The position numbers and the translations under genes are program-made. From Spirulina sp. (GTDB lineage: Bacteria > Cyanobacteriota > Cyanobacteriia > Phormidesmidales > Phormidesmidaceae), in contig JBIPSI010000006.1 of assembly GCA_044070495.1 (NCBI GenBank), positions 96,001 through 160,000 of the forward strand: a stretch of 64,000 nucleotides of DNA, written 5' to 3'. Below, one piece after another: positions 39,417-49,656 of the stretch (positions are counted from its first letter, which is position 1; each line of letters begins with the position of its first letter). The notes below the pieces were generated by a model, which was given only the letters and a program-made list of their open reading frames with translations, searched no databases and had not been told where the DNA came from.

Positions 39417-39471
39417 GCCTGCAGGATGGAAAAGGATGGAAAGTGTTGAAAAATCATCCTGTCCTGTAGGC
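39417..39471. promoter_or_regulatory. Operator-like direct and inverted repeat array in divergent promoter
   Basis: AGGATGGAAA x2 (39423-39442), CAGGATG/CATCCTG, GCCTGCAGGA/TCCTGTAGGC. Confidence 0.45.
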
Positions 39472-39501
39472 ATTAACGTCTGATAAGCCATCTCTTGCAG
39501 A

Positions 39502-39744
39502 ATGCCAATGTCAGCAATCAGCGAGGTGCAGGCGATGGACTTTCCCTTTGTAACCCATTGGTTTTCTTCCCCAGTTATGGCAACGGTAGTTGCAGAACTT
39601 AAGCCGAAGTACCAAGTGAAATGCTGGGCTACCTATTGGCGTGCTGAACTGATTTATCCCTTTCAGGACAGTGTTTTGTCCATCGATAGCACGGTGGTTG
39701 TGATTGGCCGACGGGGGCTAACCCTTTTAGTGTGTCCATCCTAG
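39502..39744 (+). CDS. NfeD-like small OB-fold protein (start uncertain)
   Basis: QVKCWATYWRAE..V.VIGRRGLTLLV resembles cyanobacterial stand-alone NfeD C-terminal domains. Confidence 0.65.
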   Translation: MPMSAISEVQAMDFPFVTHWFSSPVMATVVAELKPKYQVKCWATYWRAELIYPFQDSVLSIDSTVVVIGRRGLTLLVCPS

Positions 39745-39867
39745 GCAAGTCGTTAGCTATCGAGAGTTAACCCATGCATTTATAGCGAGCCCAATGGGTG
39801 GGGCTACTCCGAAGCAAATAAGCTTTTGATATCGAAGTAAGATTTTATTCTTGAGGTCGATAATCTC

Positions 39868-40206
39868 ATGCGGTACCAGCGCAATTTTAAGCGAATTGAA
39901 TTTTCCATTTTTGTCGGTATTCCCTTGGGATTTTTTCTGATTGGAAGTTCAGTCTATGCAGGCGGTATTGGGGATGACTTCTCTTCTAATTCTGCTTCGC
40001 TTTCAACCAATGATGAGGTTTTCTCTCATAGTGAGTTGGCATATCCAGAAGAGGGCAACCAAAATTCTGAAAGGTCTTCCACTCGGCTAACACCAGATTG
40101 GCAAAACTGGAGTGAACCCTATGTTGATGGCGACTCTATTTGCCGCGAGAGCAATGGTGACTTAGCCTGTCTCACGCCTACTTCTGCTGAGTATCTGCGC
40201 TGGTAG
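39868..40206 (+). CDS. Hypothetical small secreted protein
   Basis: GAGG RBS, signal-peptide-like N-terminus ending VYA, C-terminal Cys pair (CRESNGDLAC). Confidence 0.6.
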   Translation: MRYQRNFKRIEFSIFVGIPLGFFLIGSSVYAGGIGDDFSSNSASLSTNDEVFSHSELAYPEEGNQNSERSSTRLTPDWQNWSEPYVDGDSICRESNGDLACLTPTSAEYLRW

Positions 40207-40457
40207 TGACGTTAGTAGATGCGTGATACTCGATTTCGAGATTCCCTATTTTTTGCTAGGAAGCATTCTCTAAAATGACCTGTCGCTACGGCGTCTAAGA
40301 GGTGCTTTTCCTCAAGTAAGGCTTTCTTTTATCACGAGGTATTCATTATGCCCTAGAAAAGGCCATGAATCTTTCATGGCGAAATTCAATATGCTCCCAA
40401 TCTTCAGGTTCGTTTGCAAGTTTGTTTTTCAATCGTCGAGTCTACTAAGGAACTACT

Positions 40458-41414
40458 ATGAGCACATCATCTACCAAGCTTCGACTATTGCCAAAAATGG
40501 GTTTAATTGGGCTGTCCCTTTTTACTGGGTTTAGCCTATCTGTAGACTACCTAAAATTGGCGATTCAGCCCACGCCGCCAGCCTATGCTCAATCAGCTAC
40601 TTGCAGTAGTGTACGAGCTGTTACCTTCTCTGGTCGTACCAGTGGCTCAATGACGGGTAAGCCAAACATCCGTACCAACCTGCGGGCAAACCCCACAACC
40701 AGCGCTGGGGTTTTGGCCACCATTCCACCCAACACCATGCTGACCTTCTCTGGCTGGACTTATGGCGCTAGTGTGACGGATATTTGGACGGGCCGCGCCG
40801 ATCAACGCTGGTTTCGTGTTACCTACCAAGGGCGAACAGGTTGGGTTGCTAGTGGCGTTATTTATGGCAACCCTCCCAACTCAACACCGACCTGTTTAGC
40901 TACAGGAGGGGGTCAACCGGGGCAGATGCACCGCAACCCAGAAGTATTTTATCGGTGGGCTAAGAGCCAAGTTGGTATTTCTCGCTTGGATAGGTCCGAT
41001 CTTCGAGGGCAATGCGTAACCTTGATTGCACGCTACATTCAGGAGGTTTATCTGACTGGAAGCCAGCGCACGGCAGCAATTGCTTTTGGACATGGAAAGG
41101 ATACGGCACGAGTTGTTGCAAGTAGGTGGCCTAATTTCTTCACTCCAGTTACCAATCAAGGCTTACCTCGGCGTGGAGCCATCATTTCTTTCCCTGATAT
41201 TGGAATCGTGGGTGGTGTGCGCTATGGCCATGTCGCTATTGTGATGGAAGCTCGTCAACTTTCCAACGGACAACGACAGGTTCGCATCTTGGACTCAAAT
41301 GGCGATAGCCGAGGCCCAAATAGTAATGTCAGAGAATATACTTATTGGGTTAATATTCCTGATGGCACTGCACAGAGGTATGGTCGAGGAATTTACTGGA
41401 CTAATCCCAGATAG
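40458..41414 (+). CDS. SH3b + CHAP domain peptidoglycan hydrolase
   Basis: Signal peptide, NLRANPTTSA..WFRV..GWVASG SH3b; GQCVTL (Cys), YGHVAIV (His), ILDSN. Confidence 0.85.
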   Translation: MSTSSTKLRLLPKMGLIGLSLFTGFSLSVDYLKLAIQPTPPAYAQSATCSSVRAVTFSGRTSGSMTGKPNIRTNLRANPTTSAGVLATIPPNTMLTFSGWTYGASVTDIWTGRADQRWFRVTYQGRTGWVASGVIYGNPPNSTPTCLATGGGQPGQMHRNPEVFYRWAKSQVGISRLDRSDLRGQCVTLIARYIQEVYLTGSQRTAAIAFGHGKDTARVVASRWPNFFTPVTNQGLPRRGAIISFPDIGIVGGVRYGHVAIVMEARQLSNGQRQVRILDSNGDSRGPNSNVREYTYWVNIPDGTAQRYGRGIYWTNPR

Positions 41415-41442
41415 TTTTCCTTAAAGAATCAGACTGTCAAAT

Positions 41443-41478
41443 TGAGGCACCTGAGCAACTATTGTTCACGGTGCTTCA
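41443..41478. terminator. Hairpin after the CHAP gene at the right edge of the AT-rich block
   Basis: TGAGGCACC-TGAGCAA...TTGTTCA-CGGTGCTTCA imperfect stem. Confidence 0.45.
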
Positions 41479-41502
41479 GTCTTAGAATTAAGGTACTCTC
41501 TT

Positions 41503-43179
41503 ATGAACATTTCGCTTCAAAAGCAGCTTCAACAACGCCAGATCAACCTTGAGAGTGCGCTGCAACTGATCTCGAATGGCTTGAAGGATTTCTGTGTTGA
41601 CTGGATTGATCTCAACTTGTGTGAGCGCTTTTTTCGGCAGTGTAAGAACGCCAAGGGATTGCCGCCTGTGATTCCGCTGCTGCTGTGGCAGAGTTGTTAC
41701 TACCTGGGTTCGCCCAGTGAGTGGAGTCAGGAGCTTATTGACACCTTGGGGCAAAACCTGGATACGGAGATTCGGGTGTTTCCGATTTCTGAGGAAAGCT
41801 ATCGCACCTGGTTTAAGCATTACAACTCCGAGCAGCATCGCACCAGCGCGGAGATTCAGCGGGATCCGTTGACGGGGGAAATTCTGCCGGAGAATATCCA
41901 GGAAACGGCGCAACTGCATTTGTCCCAGGTGGATGACCAGATCGAGCGGATTAAGACGCTGATTTTGAGTGCGTTGCGCAACCGGGCCAGTGATATTCAC
42001 CTAGAGCCGTTGGTGGATGGGCTGCGGGTGCGGTATCGCATTGACGGCATTTTGCGCCAGGTGACGACGTTTCCACCGGATGTGGGGCGGCGGCTGGTGG
42101 TGGCCTTGAAGGTGATGTCGCAGATGGACATTGCCGATAGTCGGCGGCCCCAGGATGGGCGGATTGGCGAGAAGTATCAGCTTGGGCAGCAGGATTATGG
42201 TCTGGATTTGCGGGTGAACACGCTGCCCTGTGTGAGCACGGTGAAGGGACGGGCCAGCGAAAAGGCGGTGCTGCGGCTGCTGAAGCAGACCAATTCCTTT
42301 GCGGCCATTGAGGAAGTGGGGTTTACGGCGGCGACCTATCCGATTTACCGAGATTGGCTGGCCCAGCCCCAGGGAATGATTATTTTGACCGGGCCAACGG
42401 GGTCGGGCAAAACCAGTACGCTCTACGCCAGTTTGAAGGAAATTGCGACGGAATCGGTGAACGTGGTGACGGTGGAAGACCCGGTGGAGTACGTGCTTCC
42501 CGGCATTACCCAAACCCAGGTGAACGAGGCGGCGGGGATGACCTTTGCGGCGGGGCTGCGATCCATTTTGCGGCAGGATCCCGACATTATTATGATTGGC
42601 GAAATCCGCGATAGCGAAACCGCTGAAACGGCGGTGCGGGCGGCATTGACCGGGCACCTGGTGTTTACCACCCTGCACACCAACGATGCGGTGGGGGCGA
42701 TTCCTCGCCTCAAGGATATTGGGCCAGATCCGGGTTTGATTAGCGATGCGCTGCTGGGGGTGGTGGCACAGCGGCTGGTGCGGCGAATTTGCCCCCACTG
42801 TGCCGAACCCCATCCCCTAAGTGCCGACGAGTTGGCGGTGCTGGGGCTAACGCGGGAGGATGTCGTGTCCCGCAAGACCAAAAAGGGGCGCGGCTGTAGC
42901 CAGTGCTTTGAGTCGGGCTATGCGGGGCGGGAGGCGATTATTGAGCTTTTAAATGTGGATAGCCGCGTCCGGCAGATTATCTACGAAGGGTCGATGACGC
43001 AGCTCAACCACTATTTGCAGAGCATCCACTATCAATCCTTTCGGCAGGCGGCGATTGACAAGGTATTGACGGGGGTGACCACTGTGGAGGAGGTGAAGCG
43101 GGTGCTGCCTTCGAGTGCGCTGATGGTGCGGCCTCTGCCCTCCAGCCATCGTGAGGAGGTGAATTTAAAGGCGATCTAG
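41503..43179 (+). CDS. GspE/PulE/PilB-family secretion ATPase
   Basis: ASDIHLEP, RYRIDG, PQDGRI, GPTGSGKTSTL, LRQDPDIIMIGEIRD, TLHTND, CPHC..CSQC. Confidence 0.95.
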   Translation: MNISLQKQLQQRQINLESALQLISNGLKDFCVDWIDLNLCERFFRQCKNAKGLPPVIPLLLWQSCYYLGSPSEWSQELIDTLGQNLDTEIRVFPISEESYRTWFKHYNSEQHRTSAEIQRDPLTGEILPENIQETAQLHLSQVDDQIERIKTLILSALRNRASDIHLEPLVDGLRVRYRIDGILRQVTTFPPDVGRRLVVALKVMSQMDIADSRRPQDGRIGEKYQLGQQDYGLDLRVNTLPCVSTVKGRASEKAVLRLLKQTNSFAAIEEVGFTAATYPIYRDWLAQPQGMIILTGPTGSGKTSTLYASLKEIATESVNVVTVEDPVEYVLPGITQTQVNEAAGMTFAAGLRSILRQDPDIIMIGEIRDSETAETAVRAALTGHLVFTTLHTNDAVGAIPRLKDIGPDPGLISDALLGVVAQRLVRRICPHCAEPHPLSADELAVLGLTREDVVSRKTKKGRGCSQCFESGYAGREAIIELLNVDSRVRQIIYEGSMTQLNHYLQSIHYQSFRQAAIDKVLTGVTTVEEVKRVLPSSALMVRPLPSSHREEVNLKAI

Positions 43180-43230
43180 CCAAGGGTTCCTACCAATCAT
43201 CGGCTAGAAAACCGTGCCTATCCTACGGGC

Positions 43231-44292
43231 CTATCGCAACCGAGCGCCTCGGTAGCGCATTTCTCGTTTGAGGACGTTTTGCTGGACGAAGTTGGGCATA
43301 TCGCCTTGGTGGCCCATCAAAATGACGGAATCGCCCAGGGCGAGGTAGGCATTGCGAGGGGGGTGGATGATTACTTCCCCATCGGCGCGGCGTAGGGCCA
43401 CGATAATGAAGGTGCCTCGGCCTTTCACTTCGATGTCGCCGACGGTGCCGCCAATCAGGGAGGAGTTGGCTTCAATCACGATTTCGTTGAGTTGGATATC
43501 CAGTTCGGCCAGAAATTCGTTTAGCCCTTGGTGGCCGTTGGTTTGGGCCAAAAAGTCTACGGCTGAGGGATGGGTGATTAGGTGGGCCATACGCAGGGCG
43601 CTGATGCTAGCAGGTAGGACGACGTGGTTGGCTCCGGCGAGGCGCAGTTTTTTCTCGGTGGTGGGCATTTCCCCCCGCGCCAAGATCATTAGGTTGGGGT
43701 TCATTTCGCGGGCGGTGAGGGTGATGAAGACGTTGGCGGCGTCGTTGGGCAGCACCGTGGCGAGGGATTTGGCGCGATGGATACCGACGGCCTCTAGGGC
43801 GGTTTCGTCGGTGGCGTTGCCCTGGTACATGAGATAGCCCTGTTCTTGGGCGAGGGCGACTCTAGCGGGGTCGTTGTCTAACACAATGAAGGATTGGTGG
43901 TCGGCTTTGAGTTTGCGGGCCACCAGTTGGCCAATGCGGCCAAATCCGCAGATGATGACGTGCTGGTCGAGGCTTTCGATTTCTTTGGTCATACGTTTGA
44001 GGTTAAGGGCGCGACGAATTTCCCCTTCGGTGATCAGCTGCACAAAGCCGGAGACCGTGTAGGCCACCGACAGCGCTCCGGCCACAATCACAAAGATGGT
44101 AAACAGCTTCAGGATGGGCGAAACCAGGGGCCGAACTTCGCCATAGCCCACCCCAAAAATGGTGATCACCACCATGTAAACGGCATCGATGAAGCCCCAG
44201 CCCGCCATCATGTAGCCTGCCACCGCAAAGGAGATGGTCAGGCCAAAAAAGATAATCCCAATCACAATGCGCTTAAAGGAGCTATTCCGCAT
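43231..44292 (-). CDS. Potassium channel protein with TrkA-N/TrkA-C (RCK) domains
   Basis: 2 TMs with ITIFGVGYGE pore loop, HVIICGFGRIG, GNATDE. Confidence 0.92.
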   Translation of the reverse strand: MRNSSFKRIVIGIIFFGLTISFAVAGYMMAGWGFIDAVYMVVITIFGVGYGEVRPLVSPILKLFTIFVIVAGALSVAYTVSGFVQLITEGEIRRALNLKRMTKEIESLDQHVIICGFGRIGQLVARKLKADHQSFIVLDNDPARVALAQEQGYLMYQGNATDETALEAVGIHRAKSLATVLPNDAANVFITLTAREMNPNLMILARGEMPTTEKKLRLAGANHVVLPASISALRMAHLITHPSAVDFLAQTNGHQGLNEFLAELDIQLNEIVIEANSSLIGGTVGDIEVKGRGTFIIVALRRADGEVIIHPPRNAYLALGDSVILMGHQGDMPNFVQQNVLKREMRYRGARLR

Positions 44293-44473
44293 CTAGGCCT
44301 CAGGCATCAAGGAAGGATCACCCATCCCTAGAGTAGGCGTTGTGGGGCTCTGCTAGGGTGTCACCTAAGCTACACAATGGGAGCTGTTTTGCCGATTTTC
44401 CTAGATCGTTGGTTACGGATGATCGGGTGTTTGGCAGTGAAGCTCTGCGCTGGGGCCGTCGTGTTGTGTTCTC

Positions 44474-44947
44474 CTAGGCCTGATTTTGCACCACTAAAAC
44501 CGAGCAGTGGGCATGGTGCAAGACATAGTTGCTGACGCTCCCTAGCAACGCGGCCTGAAGGCGTCCCCGTCCTCGCCGCCCAATGACGATGAGGTCGGCG
44601 TTGTAGTGGCTGGCAATGTCGCAAATTTGTGGCCCCACATCGCCGCCGCGCCAGTCCCAGGAGACCTCCACTCCAGCTTTCTGGGCCTGGGATTCTAGGC
44701 TAGCGAGCCACTGGCGGGTGTGTTCTAGGTTGGCATCGAGCTCTTCCTGGGCGATGGATAGAAACTCCTTAACGCTGGCGCGGTAGCGGTCACCGAAGTC
44801 GAGATTGGTCGGCAGGGGCAGGGTGAAGCAGTGGGCTAAATGGAGACGCGCCCCCTGGGACTGGGCGAGGCCGAGGGCGGTGGAAAACACCTGCTCCGAC
44901 AGAGCCGACTGATCAATGGCCGCTACGATGCGCTGATACTGAGCCAT
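44474..44947 (-). CDS. Universal stress protein
   Basis: YQRIVAAID, ADLIVIGRRG, LGSVSNYVLHHAHCSVLVV. Confidence 0.93.
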   Translation of the reverse strand: MAQYQRIVAAIDQSALSEQVFSTALGLAQSQGARLHLAHCFTLPLPTNLDFGDRYRASVKEFLSIAQEELDANLEHTRQWLASLESQAQKAGVEVSWDWRGGDVGPQICDIASHYNADLIVIGRRGRGRLQAALLGSVSNYVLHHAHCSVLVVQNQA

Positions 44948-45166
44948 GGCAAGGAACCTGGAGAGACAACACAGCTTCTCACCTGGAAAGCTAGACCCAG
45001 GCTGAAAGGCTACCGAAAGCATCTTAAACCCTGACCAGGGCTAGACCAATGAACAGATTCTCCTTGATCGGGATCCCGTGGCGTTTGGCGGGGCGTTTCC
45101 TTCAAATAGGGGTCTCCTAACCTTGGGTGACTCCCCCACGTGCCGTGGCCTTAAGGCTTTGTGCCC

Positions 45167-46177
45167 CTAAGATGATGGTATTGCGCCTAGATCTGAAGCG
45201 GGAACCGTCGCAGCGGGGGACTGACGGGGCAGTCGGCCTTTGCGGCCAGCGGTGGTGATCAGGGTATAAAAGACATAGGCCAACCCCCACAGGTAAAAAA
45301 TCCCACGGAACAGGACTTTTAGGGGGTTAGGGTCTTTGTTGCAGGGGGCGTGGCCCAGTACATGGCAGTCGAACAGGCGACCGAAAAGGCGCAGGTTTTG
45401 CCCTGGGGTAAGGTTTTTGAGACCCAGCAAAAAGTGGTTGTGGTAAAAGACCAATTGATAGCGCAGGGAACGGGTGCTGATGTCGTGGCAGCCGCCGGTT
45501 TCTTCGCCCAGGTGCACCAGGTGGGCCTCTGGGTTGTACCAAATGATGTAGCCCGTTTGGCGAAGGTGCAGGCAAAAGTCCGATTCTTCCCGCACGGCAC
45601 TGCCGTAGAAGCGTTCGTCAAACCGCAGGCCAAATTGGTCAAACAACGCCCGCCGAAAGGACATATTGCACCCCCTAGCGGTGAGCACCTGCTGGGGCTG
45701 GGTGGTGTGAACGAGATCCAGGTGATACCAGGCGATGCCGGGGTCCATCGCCTCCGGGGGCAGGTAGTCGATCTCTAAATCCTTCTGTTCCGCCAGTTTC
45801 ATGCGGTCGAACACGCGGCCCGCCACCGCCCCCACGTCGGGCCGTTCCACAAAGGTACGGGCGTGGGCCTGGAGGTAGCCGGGGGGCAACACCACATCAT
45901 CGTCAATAAACAGCACAATGTCGCCGGAGGATCGCTCGATGCCAAGGTTGCGGGCGGCGGGCAGGCTGGCCCAGGAAACGGTGTACAGCCTGATCCGTCC
46001 GGTCTGGGCCAACTCTGTGAGGCGTTGCTCGGTGGCGGGCTGGTGGGTCTGAGTTTGATCCACCACCACCACCTCGTAGTGGGGATAGTCCTGGGCTAGG
46101 ACGCTATCTAGGGTGTCGCAGAGCACGGTTTCCCGCTGGTAAGTGGGAATGATGATGGAGAAGGTGGGCCAGTCCAT
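45167..46177 (-). CDS. Glycosyltransferase family 2, possibly HpsN-like (hormogonium polysaccharide)
   Basis: IIIPTY, VVDQ, ARNLG, FIDDD, RGCNMSFRR, REESDFC; HpsN link is from recall only. Confidence 0.85.
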   Translation of the reverse strand: MDWPTFSIIIPTYQRETVLCDTLDSVLAQDYPHYEVVVVDQTQTHQPATEQRLTELAQTGRIRLYTVSWASLPAARNLGIERSSGDIVLFIDDDVVLPPGYLQAHARTFVERPDVGAVAGRVFDRMKLAEQKDLEIDYLPPEAMDPGIAWYHLDLVHTTQPQQVLTARGCNMSFRRALFDQFGLRFDERFYGSAVREESDFCLHLRQTGYIIWYNPEAHLVHLGEETGGCHDISTRSLRYQLVFYHNHFLLGLKNLTPGQNLRLFGRLFDCHVLGHAPCNKDPNPLKVLFRGIFYLWGLAYVFYTLITTAGRKGRLPRQSPAATVPASDLGAIPSS

Positions 46178-46319
46178 AGGGATTCCGTACGGTGGAAGGG
46201 CTGTCTGTAGGGTGCCCTATTTTGAACCTAGATTAGCGTAACAGCCTACAGTCAGGGACGGGGGGCAACGGGTTGCCCCTAGGCTGAGGTGTGCAGGGTA
46301 GGTTAAGCCCTGGCCTGCG

Positions 46320-46877
46320 CTAAATCCCTGCGCTAAACAACCGTCGCACCTGGATTGCCATGTCAGGAAAGGCGACCAGGGACAGATTCCCCTCTGTGAG
46401 GGTTAGTTCGGTTTGGTATTGCCCCTGGGCCAGATCTCGAAACACCTTAAGCTGCCTATGTTTTAGGTCTACGACCCAATATTCTTGCAGGCCCGCCTCG
46501 GCGTAGGCCTCTTTTTTTTCGCCCAGATCCTTGGCTAGGGTGGTGTTGGAATATTCGATCACCCAAAAGATGTCTTCTGGGTAGGGATGGTGCTCTAAAT
46601 AGCGCTCCAAGGGAGGTTGTACGATGGCGACATCCGGTACTGGTTCTGAGTCATTGGGTAGGGTGATGGGTTTCGTTTCGCGCACGGCCCCTTGGTGCCC
46701 CAAGCGTTGCCGTAGGTAATTTGCCCCCACACTGCTGTAGCAGGCATGGGGTTCTCGTTCTGGAGCCATAACCACCAGATCTCCCCGCAGTAACTCAATG
46801 GCCTGATCCTCAAACAGCCCTGCATCAATGGCCGCATGGTAGCGGTCGAGTGTCCATTTGTAGAGCGTTACGGCCAT
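46320..46877 (-). CDS. Uma2 (DUF820) family endonuclease-like protein
   Basis: IELLRG, SEPVPDVAI, IEYSNTTL.KD..K...YAEAGLQEYWVVD. Confidence 0.92.
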   Translation of the reverse strand: MAVTLYKWTLDRYHAAIDAGLFEDQAIELLRGDLVVMAPEREPHACYSSVGANYLRQRLGHQGAVRETKPITLPNDSEPVPDVAIVQPPLERYLEHHPYPEDIFWVIEYSNTTLAKDLGEKKEAYAEAGLQEYWVVDLKHRQLKVFRDLAQGQYQTELTLTEGNLSLVAFPDMAIQVRRLFSAGI

Positions 46878-46898
46878 GACTCACCTCAGAATCGGGGA

Positions 46899-47651
46899 TC
46901 AGGGGGTGACGGTGGGAGGCGGCAGTGGATTCACAATAATCACCGTGATGTTGTCCCGTCCTCCACGCTGTTTGGCGGAGTTGACTAGGGCGGCGGCGGC
47001 GGCTTCGCAGGCCCGAATGGATTTGAGGTGGGAAGCGATCAGGTGGTCGGAAAGCTCCTCGGTGAGGCCATCGCTGCACATCAATAGACGATCACCGGGG
47101 TGAACCTCAATGGGCTGCACGTCAATTTGGGTGAGGTCTTCTCGGCCTAGGCACTGAGACAGCACATGTCGCCAGGGATGGCTACGCGACTGGGCGGGGG
47201 TCAGTTCTCCTTCGCGGATGGCGCGGGCAATCCAGGTGTGGTCTTCGGTGATTTGATCGAGTTGATGGCCGCGCAGGCGATAGAGGCGAGAATCTCCCAC
47301 ATGGGCACACCAGGGCTGATCATCCTGGGCCCGAAAGGTGAGCACCACCACCGTAGTGCCCATGTCCGAGCGTTCGGGGTGCTGAAATTGGTCTTGAAGG
47401 ATGGCGTTGTTGGCTTGGGCCAGGGCTTGCCGCAGTAGGTCAGAGGTGGGTTGGGAATCCTGCCAGTGCTGATTGAGAAACGTCTTGATGGTGGATGTCG
47501 CCAAGCGGCTAGCCTCCTGGCCCCCCGCATGGCCCCCCATGCCATCCGCCACAATAAAGAAGCGACCTTCCGGATCGATGTAGTAGTCGTCCTGGTTGCT
47601 ACTTCTCAGTAACCCCGGATCCGTCAACCCCGAAAACTGGTGTTCCACCAT
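46899..47651 (-). CDS. PP2C-type Ser/Thr phosphatase (PphA/Stp1-like)
   Basis: [43 protein letters not shown]. Confidence 0.95.
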   Translation of the reverse strand: MVEHQFSGLTDPGLLRSSNQDDYYIDPEGRFFIVADGMGGHAGGQEASRLATSTIKTFLNQHWQDSQPTSDLLRQALAQANNAILQDQFQHPERSDMGTTVVVLTFRAQDDQPWCAHVGDSRLYRLRGHQLDQITEDHTWIARAIREGELTPAQSRSHPWRHVLSQCLGREDLTQIDVQPIEVHPGDRLLMCSDGLTEELSDHLIASHLKSIRACEAAAAALVNSAKQRGGRDNITVIIVNPLPPPTVTP

Positions 47652-47671
47652 AACCAACCCGTTGCTACTTC

Positions 47672-49576
47672 CTAGGGAAACCGATCTGCTCGGTTGACCT
47701 TGATGACGACTCGCAGAAAGGCTACCCCCGCCCCCAGAGCTAACACCCCAGGCGCAATGGCAATCAGCGGCCAAGGGGTCATCAAGAGCCCCGTAGCAGA
47801 CAGGGTGAATGCGCCCACCAAGATAGCATAGTTGTTGGCCATGCTCACGGAGCCAATCCGACGGAGGGCTCTATCGGTTTCAACGGATCGCACCCGCACC
47901 CGAATATCACCCCGTTCCAGCTTGTCAAGGGTATCTTCAATGCGCCGAGGTAGCCCAAAGGCTGTGGTGCTCACCTGGGCGGCCTGACGGCTCAGTTCGC
48001 TGAGTAGGCTGTTGGCTCCATCGCCAGAATTCCCGCTGGTCATAAGTTGTGCCGCAAACGGCTTTGCCGCTTCCATAAAGTTAAAGTCTGGATCCAGACC
48101 CTTGCCCACGCCCTCTAGGGTGGAAAAAGCCCGCATTACAAAGGTAAAGGTGGCCGGAAACCGAAAAGGCTGATCGTAGGCTACCGCATAGAGGTCGTCG
48201 CTGATGGCTTCGATGGACTGCTCCTCGAAGGGCTTGTCCATGAAGTTATCCAAAATATACTGGATCGCCCGCCGCACTGGGCTCATATCCTCCACTTCAG
48301 CCAGCGCCCCCAATTCCACCAGGGAGTTCATCACCTGGTTGGCATCCCGCTGGGCTACCCCCATGAAGGTGCCCATCAGACGCTGGCGGGTGATGGGCTG
48401 CACCTGGCCCATCATGCCAAAGTCGTAGAAAATCAGCGACCCGCTGAGGCTGACGGCAATGTTGCCGGGGTGAGGGTCAGCATGGAAAAAGCCGTCGTCT
48501 AGCAGTTGGTGTAGGTAGGCTTGGGCACCCAATTGGGCCAGCCGCTTGCGGTCTAGCCCAGCGGCCTCCAGTGCCTCGTAGTGGCTGATTTTTATCCCCG
48601 GCATATATTCCAGGGTGAGGATGCGCGGGGAGGTATAGCGCCAGAAGACCCGGGGCACCTGTACCCAGTCCATGGATCGGAAGTTGCGGCGAAAGGTATC
48701 GGCGTTGCGGCCTTCGTTGAGGTAGTCAATTTCCTGCCAGAGGATGCGGCAGCACTCTTCGTAGATGCCGATCCAGTCTCGCCCCCGTCCCCAGGTGGGA
48801 TGGTTTTGGAAATAATGGGCAATGCCCTTGAGGATCGACAGGTCGATGGTGAACAGTGACTGAAGTCCCGGACGCTGCACCTTGACCACCACTTCTTCGC
48901 CGCTGTGCAGTTGGGCACGGTGCACCTGTCCCAAACTGGCCGCCGCCAGCGGAATCGGATCGAAGGTGCGGTAGAGAACGTGAATAGGCTTGCCTAGGTC
49001 TTCCTCAATAATGGCGCGGGTCTGCTCGTAGCTAAAGGCGGGCACCCGATCCTGGAGCTTAGACAGTTCTTCAACAAACTCAATGGGGAAGATATCGGCG
49101 CGGGTGGAGAAGAGTTGACCCACCTTAATAAACGTCGGGCCAAGATCGAGTAGGGTTTCGCGAATCCAGGTGGCCAACTTCCGCCGCCGCTCGGCCTGTT
49201 TTTCGGGGGTAATGGTGCCGCCGTAGCTCCAGGGCTTGCCGTAGAGCCAGCGAGCCCCCAACAGCCGCAGCACAAAGCCCCAAATATCCACAAATCGGCG
49301 CTTGCGAGAATAGCGGCCCCGGTTCCAGCGGTAGTCCTTTTGCTGAAATCGGTAGGATTTCCCTGGCTCTGTCTCTAGCGGGGAGTCGGTCTGCGCCGCC
49401 ATCACCGCAACAGGCGTCAAATCTCCCATGGATAAGGGATCTGCGCCATGGCCCTCACCCACCCCAGACTCAATGGTCAGCGGCGGCGAAGCTGAGGATG
49501 ATCCATCATCGCCTTGGCCAGGAAGGGGCAAGGACGACGAGGTGGATTGGGCCGATGAATCAAAAACTGCGGACAC
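47672..49576 (-). CDS. ABC1/AarF/UbiB-family atypical kinase
   Basis: [39 protein letters not shown]; start uncertain. Confidence 0.94.
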   Translation of the reverse strand: MSAVFDSSAQSTSSSLPLPGQGDDGSSSASPPLTIESGVGEGHGADPLSMGDLTPVAVMAAQTDSPLETEPGKSYRFQQKDYRWNRGRYSRKRRFVDIWGFVLRLLGARWLYGKPWSYGGTITPEKQAERRRKLATWIRETLLDLGPTFIKVGQLFSTRADIFPIEFVEELSKLQDRVPAFSYEQTRAIIEEDLGKPIHVLYRTFDPIPLAAASLGQVHRAQLHSGEEVVVKVQRPGLQSLFTIDLSILKGIAHYFQNHPTWGRGRDWIGIYEECCRILWQEIDYLNEGRNADTFRRNFRSMDWVQVPRVFWRYTSPRILTLEYMPGIKISHYEALEAAGLDRKRLAQLGAQAYLHQLLDDGFFHADPHPGNIAVSLSGSLIFYDFGMMGQVQPITRQRLMGTFMGVAQRDANQVMNSLVELGALAEVEDMSPVRRAIQYILDNFMDKPFEEQSIEAISDDLYAVAYDQPFRFPATFTFVMRAFSTLEGVGKGLDPDFNFMEAAKPFAAQLMTSGNSGDGANSLLSELSRQAAQVSTTAFGLPRRIEDTLDKLERGDIRVRVRSVETDRALRRIGSVSMANNYAILVGAFTLSATGLLMTPWPLIAIAPGVLALGAGVAFLRVVIKVNRADRFP

Positions 49577-49656
49577 TCAGACTCCTAACGGGCTAGACCA
49601 ACGCAGGGATAACAGCAGTAGACCAAAACGATTGCTTGGAACCAGGGCATCTGAAC

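Noticed and set aside
26416..41500. Prophage or integrative-element origin for the AT-rich island
   Set aside because: No integrase, phage or conjugation genes and no flanking direct repeats detected by eye
44140..44170. K+ channel filter GVGYG instead of TVGYG
   Set aside because: Single substitution that I believe occurs in this cyanobacterial subfamily; not supportable as novel
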